From: an uncultured Gammaproteobacteria bacterium
GTDB taxonomy: Bacteria > Pseudomonadota > Gammaproteobacteria > JABCZS01
Direction of reading: 5' to 3'
Length of the DNA stretch: 64,000 nt
NCBI GenBank assembly: GCA_964383495.1
Contig: CAYLHG010000003.1
Location: 17,771-81,770, forward strand
Position 1 is the stretch's first letter. Every line of letters begins with the position of its first letter. Under the pieces are notes generated by a model that saw only the letters and a program-made list of their open reading frames with translations, did no database searches and was not told the origin of the DNA. Positions 10,514-20,516 of this stretch are shown here, one piece after another. Both the position numbers and the translations under genes were made by a program.

Positions 10514-11637
10514 TTTGCGCTCCTCCACGCCCGAGTGTACCCACCCGGCATTGTCTGTACTAAACCACGTAACTCCAGCTCTGTTAAACGACAGGCCACT
10601 TCCTGTGCAGGCAGATTTAGCCGGCTAATTAATTCATCTACCCCCACGACTCCCATCTCCAAGATCGTCACCATTTCTCGATCTTGCTTATCTAAGTGTG
10701 AACAACTTATTCGATTTTGGCCAGTCGTTTTCCCATTATTGTTTTTATTTTGCTGCAATAACCCAAGTTCCAATAAAATATCTTCAGGTGTTTCAACCAA
10801 GGTTGCTCCTTGTTTGATTAAATAATGGCATCCTTGCGTCTGGGGGTTTCTCACTGCACCGGGAATCGCAAATACTTCTCGATTCTGCTCAACGGCATGC
10901 TTAGCCGTTGTCAATGTGCCACTGCGCAATGCAGCCTCCACGACTAGCACACCTTGCGATAATCCGCTGATAATGCGGTTACGCTGAGGGAATAGAGGCG
11001 GGGTCGGCTGTGTGCCTAAGGGAAACTCAGTGATCACGGCTCCTTGAGAAGCTACCATACTGGCTGCTAAGCGACGATGGCGCGCCGGATATATTTCATC
11101 TATTCCAGTAGCCATCACCCCTATTGTTGGAGCGCTCACTTCTAAAGCACCCTGATGCGCACTAGCATCCACACCCACCGCCAAGCCACTGGTGATCGTC
11201 AACCCTGCTTGCCCTAATGCTCGAGCAAAATCTTCTGCCAATGCAGCGCCCAACGGTGAAGGCTTCCGACTACCCACAATACCAATCTGCAAAGATTGCA
11301 ACGCAGCTACATTGCCTTGCACGTAAAGCCCTAAGGGCGGCATGGGAATTTCTTTTAACAAAGCAGGGTACTCAGGCGACCACACCGGCACAAAATGATG
11401 TTGGGGGGAAGCGGCCAGCCACGCCTCTAAACGCGCACAAAATGAAAGAGAAGGACGAGACAAAGCAGCCATGCGATCTGGCGTTAAACCCAGCGCGGGA
11501 CCTAATTCAGGCCCTATGTACCACTCGCCGACCTTTGCTTCTTCAAAATAATCAATAATAACCCGCGCACGGGTGCGTGCAATATCACTTATCCATGCCC
11601 ACTGAACGAGGGTCTTATGATTCTGATTGTATTCCAT
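10510..11637 (-). CDS. dprA: DNA processing protein DprA/Smf
   Basis: Rossmann-like DprA core (IVGSR, GVDASAH, VIxExPLG). Conserved position divergent from def-fmt. Confidence 0.9.
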   Translation of the reverse strand: MEYNQNHKTLVQWAWISDIARTRARVIIDYFEEAKVGEWYIGPELGPALGLTPDRMAALSRPSLSFCARLEAWLAASPQHHFVPVWSPEYPALLKEIPMPPLGLYVQGNVAALQSLQIGIVGSRKPSPLGAALAEDFARALGQAGLTITSGLAVGVDASAHQGALEVSAPTIGVMATGIDEIYPARHRRLAASMVASQGAVITEFPLGTQPTPPLFPQRNRIISGLSQGVLVVEAALRSGTLTTAKHAVEQNREVFAIPGAVRNPQTQGCHYLIKQGATLVETPEDILLELGLLQQNKNNNGKTTGQNRISCSHLDKQDREMVTILEMGVVGVDELISRLNLPAQEVACRLTELELRGLVQTMPGGYTRAWRSAK

Positions 11638-11688
11638 TTATCTTCCTGGTATCCTGCGGAAGAGTAGTATACGGCGAGGTCAAAAATC

Positions 11689-12192
11689 ATGCAACCTTTA
11701 GAGGTACTCATTTACCCTGACAAAAGGCTCTTAACAGCTGCGCGCCCTGTAGAGCAAGTTGATGAGTATGTGCGCAGTATTGCTGAAGGCATGATTGTTA
11801 CATTGTACAAAGAAGAGGGTGTGGGTCTTGCTGCCACACAAGTAGGCATTCCACTTCGCATGTTAGCCGTAGATACCACCGAAGAAAAACAAAGTGCACA
11901 AATTCTCATTAACCCTGAAATCACTGAGCGACACGGTGAAGTGGTAAGTTCTGAAGGTTGTCTTTCATTTCCTGGTTTATATATTGAGGTGCTTCGCGCA
12001 GAAAAAATTGTGATTACTGCGACAAATCTTAATAACCAACCTATACACATAGAAGCAGAAGGATTATTATCACGCTGCTTACAACATGAAGTTGATCATT
12101 TAGATGGTGTTGTGTTTATTGATCATCTTTCGTCACTTAAACGCAGCCGCGCTGAGAAAAAGTTTTTCAAGCAATTGAAGGAACTCTCTTGA
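11689..12192 (+). CDS. def: Peptide deformylase
   Basis: EGCLSFPG and HEVDHLDG motifs. Confidence 0.95.
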   Translation: MQPLEVLIYPDKRLLTAARPVEQVDEYVRSIAEGMIVTLYKEEGVGLAATQVGIPLRMLAVDTTEEKQSAQILINPEITERHGEVVSSEGCLSFPGLYIEVLRAEKIVITATNLNNQPIHIEAEGLLSRCLQHEVDHLDGVVFIDHLSSLKRSRAEKKFFKQLKELS

Positions 12193-13136
12193 AACCTACT
12201 CTTGTTTTTGCAGGCACTCCAGATATTGCTGCTGATGTATTAAATGCGCTCATCCATGCAGGTTACCCTGTGAAAGGTGTGTTCACACAACCCGATCGCC
12301 CCGCGGGGCGCGGTAAAATTGATACACCAAGCCCTGTCAAAACATTAGCGCTTTCAAACAATATTCCTGTCTTTGAACCAGAACGTTTTAACAAAAAAGC
12401 ACAAGCCTCCTTACAGGAGCTTGCACCAGATTATTTAGTTGTTGTTGCTTATGGATTAATATTACCCAAAGCAGCACTCGCTATTCCATGTAAAATGGCG
12501 TTAAACATTCATACTTCTTTATTGCCACGTTATCGCGGCGCTGCACCTGCACAACGTGCATTATTAGAAGGCAACGCCACAACAGGTGTAACGTTAATGC
12601 AAATGGATGAAGGGTTAGATACAGGCCCTGTTTTAATTCAAACAGAAACGATCATTACTGCACATGAAACATCCGGCGAATTAATCCAACGTTTAGTCCA
12701 TTTAGGCATCGATGCATTGCTACGCTATTTAAACAATCCTGAAATGTATTTACCTAAACCCCAAACAACCGGTCTTGAGTCTTACGCATCAAAACTAACC
12801 GTTGAAGAGGCTGCCATTGATTGGACACAAAGCGCAAACACAATTGAACACGCTATTAGAGGCTACCAACCTTGGCCGGTCGCCTATACGCAATGGAAAG
12901 AATGGCGCGTGCGTGTGCTGAAAGCTACCATTGTGCCTTCTTTGGTTACAGCAACTACCTGCGATAACGCGCCAGGCACAATCTTAGCCTTCAGCCCCAA
13001 AGGTTTACTCGTCCAAACCGGCGCAGGCGCTTTATGTCTTCTACAATTACAATTACCTGGTAAAAAGCCGATGGACGTTGCGGCATTATGGAATGGATAT
13101 GCCAAGCATTTTAAAGTAGGGGAAAAATTTGAATAA
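12189..13136 (+). CDS. fmt: Methionyl-tRNA formyltransferase
   Basis: Formyltransferase N- and C-domains. Overlaps the def stop (def-fmt operon). Confidence 0.95.
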   Translation: MKPTLVFAGTPDIAADVLNALIHAGYPVKGVFTQPDRPAGRGKIDTPSPVKTLALSNNIPVFEPERFNKKAQASLQELAPDYLVVVAYGLILPKAALAIPCKMALNIHTSLLPRYRGAAPAQRALLEGNATTGVTLMQMDEGLDTGPVLIQTETIITAHETSGELIQRLVHLGIDALLRYLNNPEMYLPKPQTTGLESYASKLTVEEAAIDWTQSANTIEHAIRGYQPWPVAYTQWKEWRVRVLKATIVPSLVTATTCDNAPGTILAFSPKGLLVQTGAGALCLLQLQLPGKKPMDVAALWNGYAKHFKVGEKFE

Positions 13137-13157
13137 GCAGAAGGTAGATAAGGCACC

Positions 13158-14531
13158 ATGAAAATTATTATCCTCGGCGCGGGCCAAGTAGGTGGCACAC
13201 TGGCCGAACACCTGACCTCTGAAGCAAATGATATCACCATTGTCGATAGCAACATCAAAATCTTACAAGCCATTGATGAAAAACTTGATGTGCGCGCGAT
13301 CGTAGGGCATGCATCCCACCCTAGTGTATTACGCCGCGCGGGTGCTGAAGATGCAGACATGCTGATCGCTGTCACTAATAATGATGAAACCAATATGCTG
13401 GCGTGCCAAATGGCGTACAGTTTATTTAAAACACCCATTAAAATTGCGCGCGTGCGTTCTTCAGAATATATGCTCTATCCACAATTATTTGAAAACAAAG
13501 CGATTCCCATCGATGTTTTGATCAGCCCTGAGCAACTTGTCACACGTTACGTGAAACGTTTAATTGAGTTTCCTGGCGCATTACAAGTGCTCGATTTTGC
13601 AAACGGCCGAGTACAATGTGTAGCTTTACGCGCAATAGAAGGTGCGCCACTCGTAGGCCAAGCATTAAAAAATTTACATGTACACATGCCTTCTATTAAA
13701 ACAAGAGTGGCTGCTATTTTTAGGCAAAACACTTCTATGCCCATTTCCGAAGATACAGTTATTCAAGCCAACGATGAAGTGTTTTTTATTTGTGAATCTT
13801 CCGACGTTCGCGAAGTGATAAGCGAATTACGGGGCATCACAGCGCCTTATAAACGAATCATGATTGCAGGCGGCGGAAACATCGGCTTTAATTTGGCACA
13901 CACGCTTGAAAAAAATTATCACATTAAAATTATTGATAGAGGGCAACCACGCTGCCGTGTTTTGGCAGAGCAACTCCACAAATCAGTAGTGTTGTGTGGT
14001 GATTGTTCCGATAAAAATTTACTTTATAATGAGAATATTGAAGAAACAGATGTGTTTTGCGCACTCACCAATGACGATGAAACAAATATCATGTCCGCCA
14101 CACTTGCAAAACGCATGGGCGCACGTAAAGTAATGGCATTAATTAATCGCACGGCTTATGTTGATTTAGTTGAGGGCAGTGAAATTGATATTGCTATTTC
14201 ACCCCAGCAATCTACCATCAGCAGTTTATTAACACATATTCGCCGCGGTGATATTGTGCAAGTGCATGCGTTGCGCCGTGGTGCTGCTGAAGCCATTGAG
14301 GCCATTGCGCATGGCACATTAGAAACATCAAAAGTAGTTGGTCGCACCATTGAAACATTACCTCTGCCACCAGGAACCATGATCAGTATGTTGGTACGAG
14401 GAGATCAAGTCATTCCTGTTGAACCCACTACACGCATTGAAGCTGATGATCACGTTATTTTATTTGTCAGCAATAAAAAATATATTGGAGATGTAGAACG
14501 TTTGTTCCAAGTCGCCATTAATTTCTTTTAA
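13158..14531 (+). CDS. trkA: Trk potassium uptake NAD-binding subunit TrkA
   Basis: Two tandem RCK/KTN domains (GAGQVG...GGGNIG). Confidence 0.9.
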   Translation: MKIIILGAGQVGGTLAEHLTSEANDITIVDSNIKILQAIDEKLDVRAIVGHASHPSVLRRAGAEDADMLIAVTNNDETNMLACQMAYSLFKTPIKIARVRSSEYMLYPQLFENKAIPIDVLISPEQLVTRYVKRLIEFPGALQVLDFANGRVQCVALRAIEGAPLVGQALKNLHVHMPSIKTRVAAIFRQNTSMPISEDTVIQANDEVFFICESSDVREVISELRGITAPYKRIMIAGGGNIGFNLAHTLEKNYHIKIIDRGQPRCRVLAEQLHKSVVLCGDCSDKNLLYNENIEETDVFCALTNDDETNIMSATLAKRMGARKVMALINRTAYVDLVEGSEIDIAISPQQSTISSLLTHIRRGDIVQVHALRRGAAEAIEAIAHGTLETSKVVGRTIETLPLPPGTMISMLVRGDQVIPVEPTTRIEADDHVILFVSNKKYIGDVERLFQVAINFF

Positions 14532-14540
14532 GGAGATCCC

Positions 14541-15995
14541 ATGCATTGGGCTGCTATTTTAAAAGTATTAGGATATTTACTCATGTGCTTAAGCATCAGC
14601 CACCTTCCACCGATGGCTATTGCGTGGTGGTATGATGAAGTAGCACTCTACCATCCTTTCTTGATGTCAGGCTTGGCAACATTATTTTCGGGCGTGACGT
14701 TATGGTTATTCACACGCAACACATGTGAAGAACCGCGTAAACGGGATGGTTTTTTAATCGTTGTATTATTTTGGGCTGTACTCAGCTTATTCGGCTCATT
14801 GCCATTTATTGTCACAGAAACACCCCATCTTTCTTTTACTGATGCGGTCTTTGAAACAATTTCAGGGCTCACAACCACAGGAGCAACAGTGATTCGTGGG
14901 CTTGATCAGCTACCCAAAGCATTATTATATTACCGGCAACAATTACATTTATTAGGTGGTATGGGAATCATCGTATTAGCAGTAGCAGTGCTACCCACAT
15001 TAGGCGTTGGAGGATTACAATTATTTCGTGCGGAAACGTCGGGCATGAATAAAGAAAGCAAGCTCACGCCTCGCGTTGCTGAAACCGCAAAAACGCTATG
15101 GTTCATTTATATTGGGTTGGTTATTGCATGTGCATTAAGTTATCGCTTAAATGGCATGTCTGGATTTGACGCCATTTGCTACGCTTTTTCAACTATTTCG
15201 ACAGGGGGGTTCGCTCCTCACGATAATAATTTTGCTTTTTATCCACAAACTTCTCTCAAGATATGGGCTTCTTTATTTATGTTTTTGGGTGGGTTAAATT
15301 TTTCATTACATTTTTTAGCATTAAGAAATACAAGTTTGATGAGTTATTGGAGAAATGCAGAATTTCGTTTCTTTCTCAAATTACAACTTGGGATTATTTT
15401 TATCGTATTTCTCATTTTACTATGGCAAAAAATCTATCCTCATGCCTTAGAGGCATTCGTAGACACGGTTTTCCATGTTATTTCAATTAGCACTACAACA
15501 GGGTTTGTCGCTTCAGATTTTAGTGTTTGGCCTATGTTTGTTCCAATATTGATCATTCTAGGAGGATTAATAGGCGGCTGTGCAGGCTCAACAGCGGGTG
15601 GTGTGAAAGCCCTGCGAATGCTGGTGGTGATCAAACAAGCTTCGCGAGAATTGCACCGATTGATTCATCCCAACGGAGAATATATTTTAAAAATTGATAA
15701 TAAAATGTTGCCTGATAAAGTGATTGATGCTGTTTGGGGATTTGTAGGTGTTTTTGGCGTATTATTTTGTTTGTTTTTGTTTATCTTAATGTCATGTGGG
15801 TTGGATTTTCTATCCGCTTTTGGTGCGGTGATTGCGAGCATTGCAAACGTTGGCCCAGGATTAGGTTCTGTATTTTGGGATTACGCAGATTTAAATAACA
15901 TTGCAAAGTGGACGCTTTCTTTTTCAATGCTAGTAGGACGTTTAGAAATTTTTGCTGTGATGGTGTTATTAATGCCGGCCTTTTGGAGGCAGTGA
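14541..15995 (+). CDS. trkH: Trk potassium transporter membrane subunit TrkH
   Basis: Polytopic TrkH/KtrB-family protein with GGxxN/TGF-type selectivity segments. Sits directly after trkA. Confidence 0.9.
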   Translation: MHWAAILKVLGYLLMCLSISHLPPMAIAWWYDEVALYHPFLMSGLATLFSGVTLWLFTRNTCEEPRKRDGFLIVVLFWAVLSLFGSLPFIVTETPHLSFTDAVFETISGLTTTGATVIRGLDQLPKALLYYRQQLHLLGGMGIIVLAVAVLPTLGVGGLQLFRAETSGMNKESKLTPRVAETAKTLWFIYIGLVIACALSYRLNGMSGFDAICYAFSTISTGGFAPHDNNFAFYPQTSLKIWASLFMFLGGLNFSLHFLALRNTSLMSYWRNAEFRFFLKLQLGIIFIVFLILLWQKIYPHALEAFVDTVFHVISISTTTGFVASDFSVWPMFVPILIILGGLIGGCAGSTAGGVKALRMLVVIKQASRELHRLIHPNGEYILKIDNKMLPDKVIDAVWGFVGVFGVLFCLFLFILMSCGLDFLSAFGAVIASIANVGPGLGSVFWDYADLNNIAKWTLSFSMLVGRLEIFAVMVLLMPAFWRQ

Positions 15996-16009
15996 ACGCG
16001 CCTCTACAC

Positions 16010-16912
16010 TCAATACATTTTTTTGCCGCTTCGCTTAAATCTTTTATAACTCCACACATATTGATCAGGATAACGCATGATGACTGTTTCTAGTGCTGTA
16101 TTCATCGCTACCGCAGCAGCGACATCATCATCACTGTAAATAGCATCACTCACATCGACACAGTCTGGCTTAAACCCTTCTCCCAGTTTTAACCGCGCTG
16201 AATATCCCACCAACACACGCGCCCCTGTTCGTACAGCTAATTTTGCAGCCAATGTCATGGTTAATGCAGGCACGCCAAAAAAAGGAGCAATCACTCCTCC
16301 TGCAGTACTCGGTACTTGATCCGGCAGCATGACAACCAATTCATTCCGCTTCAATGCTTTCAACATTTCACGAATACCACCCGCTGTTGCTGGCACTAAA
16401 TGCGCGCCTGCGCGCTCGCGCGCTTGACGCACCACAGTTTCTAATGAAGCCATGCGAAGAGGGCGATACATCATGGTTGCTTGCCCTAATGCAGGCAAAA
16501 ATCCTAACATGCTTTCCCAGGAACCCATATGTGGACTTAACAAAATCACGCCTTTACCGTGTGCACGTGCGGCTTCAAAACGTGCCACAGCGTTTTCGTC
16601 GGGTGGAACAATATAATCTGTGATTTTTTGAACATTCCAAAACCAATGCATTGCATACTCAACCATGGTGATAGTTGTATTGCGTAAACTGTTACGCACT
16701 AATTGTTCACGCCATGCTTCGCTTTGCTGCGGAAAACACAATGCAATATTTTTATGCGATACTTCTCGGAAGCCTGTGGGTAATGCGGCTAATACGCTAC
16801 CTAATACCCAGCCTATTCGCTGAATCGTTAATAAACTGCACCGACTTAACAACCGCAACGCGCCAATCATGGCCGTGGCTCCCCAGACTCGAATGCGTTT
16901 TGAAAGACTCAT
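16010..16912 (-). CDS. Lipid A biosynthesis acyltransferase (LpxL/LpxM/LpxP family)
   Basis: N-terminal anchor, NIALCFP...HWFW and HMGSWE motifs match E. coli LpxL. Confidence 0.8.
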   Translation of the reverse strand: MSLSKRIRVWGATAMIGALRLLSRCSLLTIQRIGWVLGSVLAALPTGFREVSHKNIALCFPQQSEAWREQLVRNSLRNTTITMVEYAMHWFWNVQKITDYIVPPDENAVARFEAARAHGKGVILLSPHMGSWESMLGFLPALGQATMMYRPLRMASLETVVRQARERAGAHLVPATAGGIREMLKALKRNELVVMLPDQVPSTAGGVIAPFFGVPALTMTLAAKLAVRTGARVLVGYSARLKLGEGFKPDCVDVSDAIYSDDDVAAAVAMNTALETVIMRYPDQYVWSYKRFKRSGKKMY

Positions 16913-16954
16913 TGCTTAAACCCTGCTGCTGAAATAGACTGCATTATACCTTAT

Positions 16955-17896
16955 TTATGCAAATGCTTTTAAACTTAATTGCTCTATTATTTGAATTGCT
17001 TTTTCATAAGGTTGAGCAGATTCGATTTCATAAACCATAGAATTTATAAATTCTTCATAGCGTGATTTCCATAATACACTTTCTTTCAATAACATCAAAG
17101 ATCGTGTTATCTCTGCAGCAGGGTTGTCTGAATATTCTGGATGTTGATTTTTAAATTGAGCCGCGTCGTTTTCAATAATGACTTTAGATAATCCATAAAA
17201 TGCATCACTTATTTTATCAGCTTTTTTAATCGAGTTAAGATCATAAACATGCCGGATAAGCGTCTTATCATCAAAATGATATTGACGTTCAATGGCAACC
17301 ACTCTGCGTGTTAATCCTACCCATTTTTCAACAGCTGTTTCATCCACACAAACACACTCTACAGATAAAGATGAAAAAATTTTAGGAATTTTGATTGTTT
17401 CTTCAATAATGGTTTGAATATTTAAACTCTCTGTTCCAAGACGAACGTCTGCTAAAGTAAACTCTAAAAGAAGATGCGGTCTTAAAATATTATTTGTTTC
17501 AAACAAAATAGGATAAGTTAACTCAACTCTTGAATATTTCCCCTCATTCCTCACGGCAAAATCACTAATACTGAGATTTGTTGTTGATAGCAAGGAAAAT
17601 ATTTTTTTTCTAAATTCTTTTAATTCTTTTAGTAATTTACTTTTACTAAATTTTCTAGCATCCTGTTTTGTACAAATTTTAAAATCAATATCTTCTGACA
17701 TTCGCTTTACAAGCTTATGTGCCTTTGATAAGCAAGTCCCTCCGCAAAAAACTAATCGAAAATATTCATTTTCTAATCCTGCAATTGCATGAATAGCTTG
17801 TGTGACGTAATAATCTTTTTCAAGGACTGCTAAAGGCAAATTAATTTGCTGATTAGCAATAGAAACCAACTCATACAACTCTTTTTTATTTAGCAT
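16955..17896 (-). CDS. AbiEii-family nucleotidyltransferase (type IV toxin-antitoxin / abortive infection toxin)
   Basis: EKDYYVTQA...FCGGTCLSKA...RMSEDIDF matches the DUF1814/AbiEii signature. Confidence 0.8.
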   Translation of the reverse strand: MLNKKELYELVSIANQQINLPLAVLEKDYYVTQAIHAIAGLENEYFRLVFCGGTCLSKAHKLVKRMSEDIDFKICTKQDARKFSKSKLLKELKEFRKKIFSLLSTTNLSISDFAVRNEGKYSRVELTYPILFETNNILRPHLLLEFTLADVRLGTESLNIQTIIEETIKIPKIFSSLSVECVCVDETAVEKWVGLTRRVVAIERQYHFDDKTLIRHVYDLNSIKKADKISDAFYGLSKVIIENDAAQFKNQHPEYSDNPAAEITRSLMLLKESVLWKSRYEEFINSMVYEIESAQPYEKAIQIIEQLSLKAFA

Positions 17897-18314
17897 TGAT
17901 ATTATTCTCGAAAAATAACTTACTATTTTGGTAACCGATTTGACGTCGGCAACGCTTCTTCAATCTAACAATATTCCGAATCGGAATTTGCGTCGATTTG
18001 CCCGTATTATACTCCTCCTCAAGGCTTCCTGATTCATAAATAATATCTAAACATTTCAAAGCTTCTCTTAATGCTGCATCGATCCCCCCCTTAATAAGCG
18101 GTATATCAGAATAGGGGGATAGGTACGCTTTTGCATATACACCAGCACCTATTCTAACTATTTTTTTCTGCGCAATCAGCCTATCTAAAGCGCGACTTAC
18201 CTGACGATAAGAGCCAAGATCATTAAAATTTTGACGCAAAAACACGTTTTCACGAATCGATTTGATGCGCTCCCACACCTTACATCCAATGCTTTCTAAA
18301 TACTTAACCCGCAT
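17886..18314 (-). CDS. AbiEi-family antitoxin / transcriptional regulator
   Basis: 142 aa, motif RLIAQKKIVRIGAGVYA. Overlaps the start of the AbiEii gene by 11 nt. Confidence 0.65.
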   Translation of the reverse strand: MRVKYLESIGCKVWERIKSIRENVFLRQNFNDLGSYRQVSRALDRLIAQKKIVRIGAGVYAKAYLSPYSDIPLIKGGIDAALREALKCLDIIYESGSLEEEYNTGKSTQIPIRNIVRLKKRCRRQIGYQNSKLFFENNINAK

Positions 18315-18542
18315 ACACCACCGCCAATTAAGGACATATAATTATTATACCACACCCTAAAATAACGTCAATATGGGACATATAAACTCACTAACAGGTT
18401 GAATAATAAATTATTTTCATATCTCAAGGGAAATTTAAAAGCCACAGAAAAGCTTTATGATCGAATGCTATTATCAAGAGACACCCCTCTTCTTTCTCCA
18501 AACCTGACCTATAATTGAATATATATCGCCAGGAGAATTCCT

Positions 18543-19106
18543 ATGAACCCCATGAATAATGACGAATCCATTATTTCCATGTCACAAGAGGAACTTAAAA
18601 GCCATTGGAAAAGCATTATGTTTGAAGGAGCGTTGTTTACATTTTTAGGCGCCCTTGCACTCATTATTCCCTCTTTATTTTCATTGACATTCGAATTGGT
18701 GGTAGGCTGGTTATTCCTGATTGGTGGCGCCATTCAACTTTACCGCGCCGTGCAATCCAATGCAGCGCCTGGGTTTTGGATGTTTACCTTGTCCGCCTTA
18801 CTTGCCATGGTTTTTGGTGTATTAATGATCTTTCATCCTTTAGCAGGCTTAGTTGCACTCACTACTATTATTGCTGTTTTCTTTATAATGGAAGGCATTG
18901 TTAAAATTATCTACGCTTTTCAAATTCAATCTTTCGCTAGCTGGGGATGGGTACTGGTCAGCGGCATTTGTTCCCTTTTAATTGCCATGTTAGTATTTTC
19001 GAACTGGCCAACTAGCAGTGCTTGGTTTATTGGCATATTAATTGGCGTTTATTTGATCATCAACGGAGTCGCTTTGATGATGATGTCTTGGCAAGCGCGC
19101 CGATGA
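18543..19106 (+). CDS. HdeD-family (DUF308) membrane protein
   Basis: Six-TM small protein with the repeated GxxxG-rich helices typical of HdeD/DUF308. Confidence 0.55.
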   Translation: MNPMNNDESIISMSQEELKSHWKSIMFEGALFTFLGALALIIPSLFSLTFELVVGWLFLIGGAIQLYRAVQSNAAPGFWMFTLSALLAMVFGVLMIFHPLAGLVALTTIIAVFFIMEGIVKIIYAFQIQSFASWGWVLVSGICSLLIAMLVFSNWPTSSAWFIGILIGVYLIINGVALMMMSWQARR

Positions 19107-19118
19107 TATTGGAATAAC

Positions 19119-19134
19119 TCCCGCTTTCGCGGGA
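19119..19134. terminator. GC-rich hairpin tcccgc-tttc-gcggga followed by ATTTTTATT; bidirectional terminator between convergent genes
   Basis: Seen in sequence between the HdeD-like gene end (19106) and the DUF502 gene end (19141). Confidence 0.5.
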
Positions 19135-19140
19135 TTTTTA

Positions 19141-19788
19141 TTATTTAACCACTCTATCGTAAGTAATATCTTTCGGTGCAACAGCTCCGCCCGATACAAT
19201 AAACGTCATGGCTTGATCAAATGTCCAATCTGTCGGCGTGATCTGATCAACCGGCACAATTTCTAAATACCCTGAAGTTGGGTTCGGCGTGGTTGGCACG
19301 TACACCGCTGCTAATTCTCGCCCTGTGTTACGGTCAATAAATGTGCGCGTCACTAATCCTACGGTTTTCATTGTAGGGTTGGGGAATTCAATCAATACCA
19401 CACGCTGTGTTGTTCCCGGGTTTTGTTGTAACGCTTCAATCAGTTTTTTAATAGCGTTATAAATCGTCTTCACCAATGGAATACGTTGCATGATCGAATC
19501 AACCAATGCTAGGATTTTTTGCCCCAAATAACGACTAGCCAATAATCCCAATGTATATAAAATCAAACCGACTAAACCTAACGCAATGAACATATCTAAA
19601 ACAGGCAGGTCTATCCATCCAGCAAGCCCCGGGGCGAAAGGTTTCAGTTCGCTCACAATAATGTGCATTAGAGGGCTAGCAATATCTAGAATTAAGCGCA
19701 ATAAAAATTCCACAATCACGAGTGTGAGCGCCACAGGAATCACTGTAACTAACCCGATCAAAATATTCTTTTTGACATTAGCATTCAT
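19141..19788 (-). CDS. DUF502-family membrane protein
   Basis: N-terminal two-TM region plus conserved soluble domain typical of DUF502. Confidence 0.6.
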   Translation of the reverse strand: MNANVKKNILIGLVTVIPVALTLVIVEFLLRLILDIASPLMHIIVSELKPFAPGLAGWIDLPVLDMFIALGLVGLILYTLGLLASRYLGQKILALVDSIMQRIPLVKTIYNAIKKLIEALQQNPGTTQRVVLIEFPNPTMKTVGLVTRTFIDRNTGRELAAVYVPTTPNPTSGYLEIVPVDQITPTDWTFDQAMTFIVSGGAVAPKDITYDRVVK

Positions 19789-20002
19789 CTGCTATCTCCT
19801 GTACACTTACGACATTACCAGGGCTTACGCAAAACGCGCTTCTCTGCGTTAAAAAGCTCCTCAAAATGCTCACATACAAATCGTATGCTGCGCATTTTTC
19901 GTCGCTTTTTGTCTTGCGATCCACGTTTTGCGGGGGCCCTGTGAACTGAACTGACGCATTTGGCGTCAGCCTGAATTATACACCGGAAGGGAGAAATGCA
20001 CC

Positions 20003-20515
20003 ATGGCAACTGTTTTTTTCAAAGGCGAACCCGTTCCTACCGCTGGCCACGTTCCTGCTGCAGGCAGCCCAGCCCCCGCTTTTACACTCACAGACAACTC
20101 ACTGAAGGAACGGTCGTTGGCTGAGTTTAAAGGAAAAACCATTATCCTCAATATTTTTCCTAGCCTTGACACCCCCACATGTGCCGCCAGTGTAAATGCA
20201 TTTAACCGTGCTGCAACTTCTTTAACAAATACAGTTGTGTTATGTATTTCGATGGATTTGCCCTTTGCGCAAAGCCGTTTTTGTGGCGCAGGCAATGTTC
20301 ACGATGTTATTACACTTTCTGCCTTTCGCCATCATGAGTTTGGGGAAGCTTATGGCGTAACAATCATGAGTGGTCCGTTGCAAGGTTTGCTATCTCGCGC
20401 GGTGCTCATTATCAACCCTGAAGGGCAAGTCACATACGCAGAACATGTTGCTGAAATCACTCAAGAGCCGGATTATCCCAAAGCATTAGGCAGTCTACAA
20501 GCGTGGTCTGCTTAG
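20003..20515 (+). CDS. tpx: Thiol peroxidase (Tpx, atypical 2-Cys peroxiredoxin)
   Basis: FPSLDTPTCAAS peroxidatic Cys motif and a resolving Cys downstream. Confidence 0.9.
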   Translation: MATVFFKGEPVPTAGHVPAAGSPAPAFTLTDNSLKERSLAEFKGKTIILNIFPSLDTPTCAASVNAFNRAATSLTNTVVLCISMDLPFAQSRFCGAGNVHDVITLSAFRHHEFGEAYGVTIMSGPLQGLLSRAVLIINPEGQVTYAEHVAEITQEPDYPKALGSLQAWSA

Positions 20516-20516
20516 C

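Noticed and set aside
11217-13438. Antisense ORFs 11217-11558 (+), 11712-12050 (-), 12884-13438 (-)
   Set aside because: Each is fully contained in the opposite strand of well-supported dprA, def and fmt/trkA. No independent signal.
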